Positions 63,001 through 64,000 of a stretch of DNA of 64,000 nucleotides are shown piece after piece. The notes below the pieces were generated by a model. The model searched no databases and had not been told where the DNA came from. It was given only the letters and a program-made list of their open reading frames with translations. The DNA comes from Sphyrna mokarran (Eukaryota): contig JAGIQG010000021.1 of assembly GCA_024679065.1 (NCBI GenBank), positions 30,256,001 to 30,320,000 on the forward strand. Reading direction: 5' to 3'. Numbering within the stretch: position 1 is the stretch's first letter; each line of letters begins with the position of its first letter. Made by a program: the position numbers and the translations under genes.

Positions 63001-63224
63001 GCTGGGATCTGCGGGGAGAGAGTTGAGGCAGTCGGCTCTTGATCTGTTGAGCAATCTGGGAAAGTTACCAGTGTCTGTTAGCTGGTGTTGACAACAAACA
63101 GCGAACAAAGGTTATCTCTGGTTCCTATAAGAAGTCTCACAACAGGTTAAAATCCAACCAGTCCTACAATCGGCTCAGTGCAAATACAGGGAACAACTGG
63201 CGCTCCCTGTTTTCTTGCCTCGCC

Positions 63225-63252
63225 TTTAAACTTTCCCTTTCGTTATGATTGG
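63225..63252 (-). promoter_or_regulatory. Candidate promoter of the SECTM1/B7-like gene: CCAAT, ISRE (cGAAAggGAAAgt), TTTAAA
   Basis: On the minus strand: ccaatc 63252-63247, GAAANNGAAA within 63242-63229, tttaaa 63230-63225, in a locally CpG-richer region about 700 bp upstream of the ATG. Confidence 0.45.
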
Positions 63253-63737
63253 ATGTTTGGCGAGTTGGCAAAGAAGAGGGATTAAAAAAAGCCAGATGTG
63301 CCTGATATCACCGACTTTTCCCTTCCAGCCACAAAAGCACATTCAAACGCTGCCAAGTACAGCATTTTTTAAAAACTATTTAAGTAAGGGATTTTTTAAT
63401 TGCGAATAAAACTTATTATCAGTCTTAAGTCCAGGAAGAATTTTTTTTTAATGCAGCGAAGGAACTGTTTCAAACACTAGATGGAGTGTAAACTCAATTT
63501 ACCCAAACTGTGGGATGGGAGAAAGTAGTATAAAAGGGACAGCACATGAGATTTGGGATGATTGAGATACTGATATGGATTGAGAATTTAACAAAGTAGG
63601 AATAAATTAATCATTCTCAGGTTGAAGATTGTAACTAATGGGGTGGGTGGGGGGAGGGACGGTGAACAGAAAGGATCAGCACTTCACTCCCAAAGCATGC
63701 CAGAAACAATCCTTTTCACTATATATTAATACATTCA

Positions 63738-64000
63738 TGGAGTGATAGCCTAGCGGTGTTTATCGCTAGACTATTAATCCAGAAACTCAGTTAATGTTCT
63801 GGGGTCGTGGGTTTGAATCCTGGTGGAATTTGAATTCAAAAAAAATCTGGAATTAAGATTATACTGATGGCCATGAAACCATTGCTTCAGTTATGTCCCT
63901 TAAGGAAGGAAATCTTCCATATTTACCCCATCTGGTCTACATGTGATTCCAGAGCCACAACAATGCAGTTGGTGCTCCACTGTTCTCTAAGAGCAAGTAG
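63738..64000 (+). mobile_element. Second tRNA-SINE family (relatives at about 45865-46165 + and 27490-27815 -)
   Basis: Shared gacta.taatccaga..gggtt.gaatcc..ggtggaatttgaattcaa..gtgactccaga.ccaca motifs. Confidence 0.7.

Noticed and set aside
1-64000. Prokaryotic systems (CRISPR arrays, operons, defence islands)
   Set aside because: The sequence is vertebrate; the repeats are dispersed retroelements, not repeat-spacer arrays.

Overview
Eukaryotic, repeat-rich genomic DNA, almost certainly from a shark (HE1/V-SINE-type SINEs, HER1/CR1 LINEs, Penelope-derived hairpins), with a 327-nt assembly gap at 25970-26296. Two intron-containing immunoglobulin-superfamily genes can be built by hand on the minus strand, with canonical GT-AG junctions and matching phases. 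(1) A 4-exon CD7 homologue (21930->10421, 216 aa): leader, V domain, Cys-rich stalk + TM, and a tail with the YEDM motif. (2) About 35 kb upstream in the same orientation, a 6-coding-exon type I membrane protein (62529->57187, about 281 aa). Its V domain has the unusual signature of SECTM1/K12, the mammalian CD7 ligand and neighbouring gene: A-strand plus B-strand Cys, no C-strand Trp, no F-strand Cys. It is followed by a typical B7-family C domain that mammalian SECTM1 lacks. The main finding is therefore a candidate linked CD7 / SECTM1-like (B7-architecture) costimulatory receptor-ligand pair in a cartilaginous fish. The rest is transposon-derived: a full-length CR1 with TSD, CR1s carrying a SINE in their 3' UTR, TSD-flanked hairpin elements with hammerhead-like cores, a U2-snRNA-associated Tx1/Keno-like LINE with U2-headed repeats, Harbinger and RTE remnants, and a captured relic copy of the C-domain exon end. 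Homology calls rest on motifs recalled from memory, not on database searches, and repeat boundaries are approximate.
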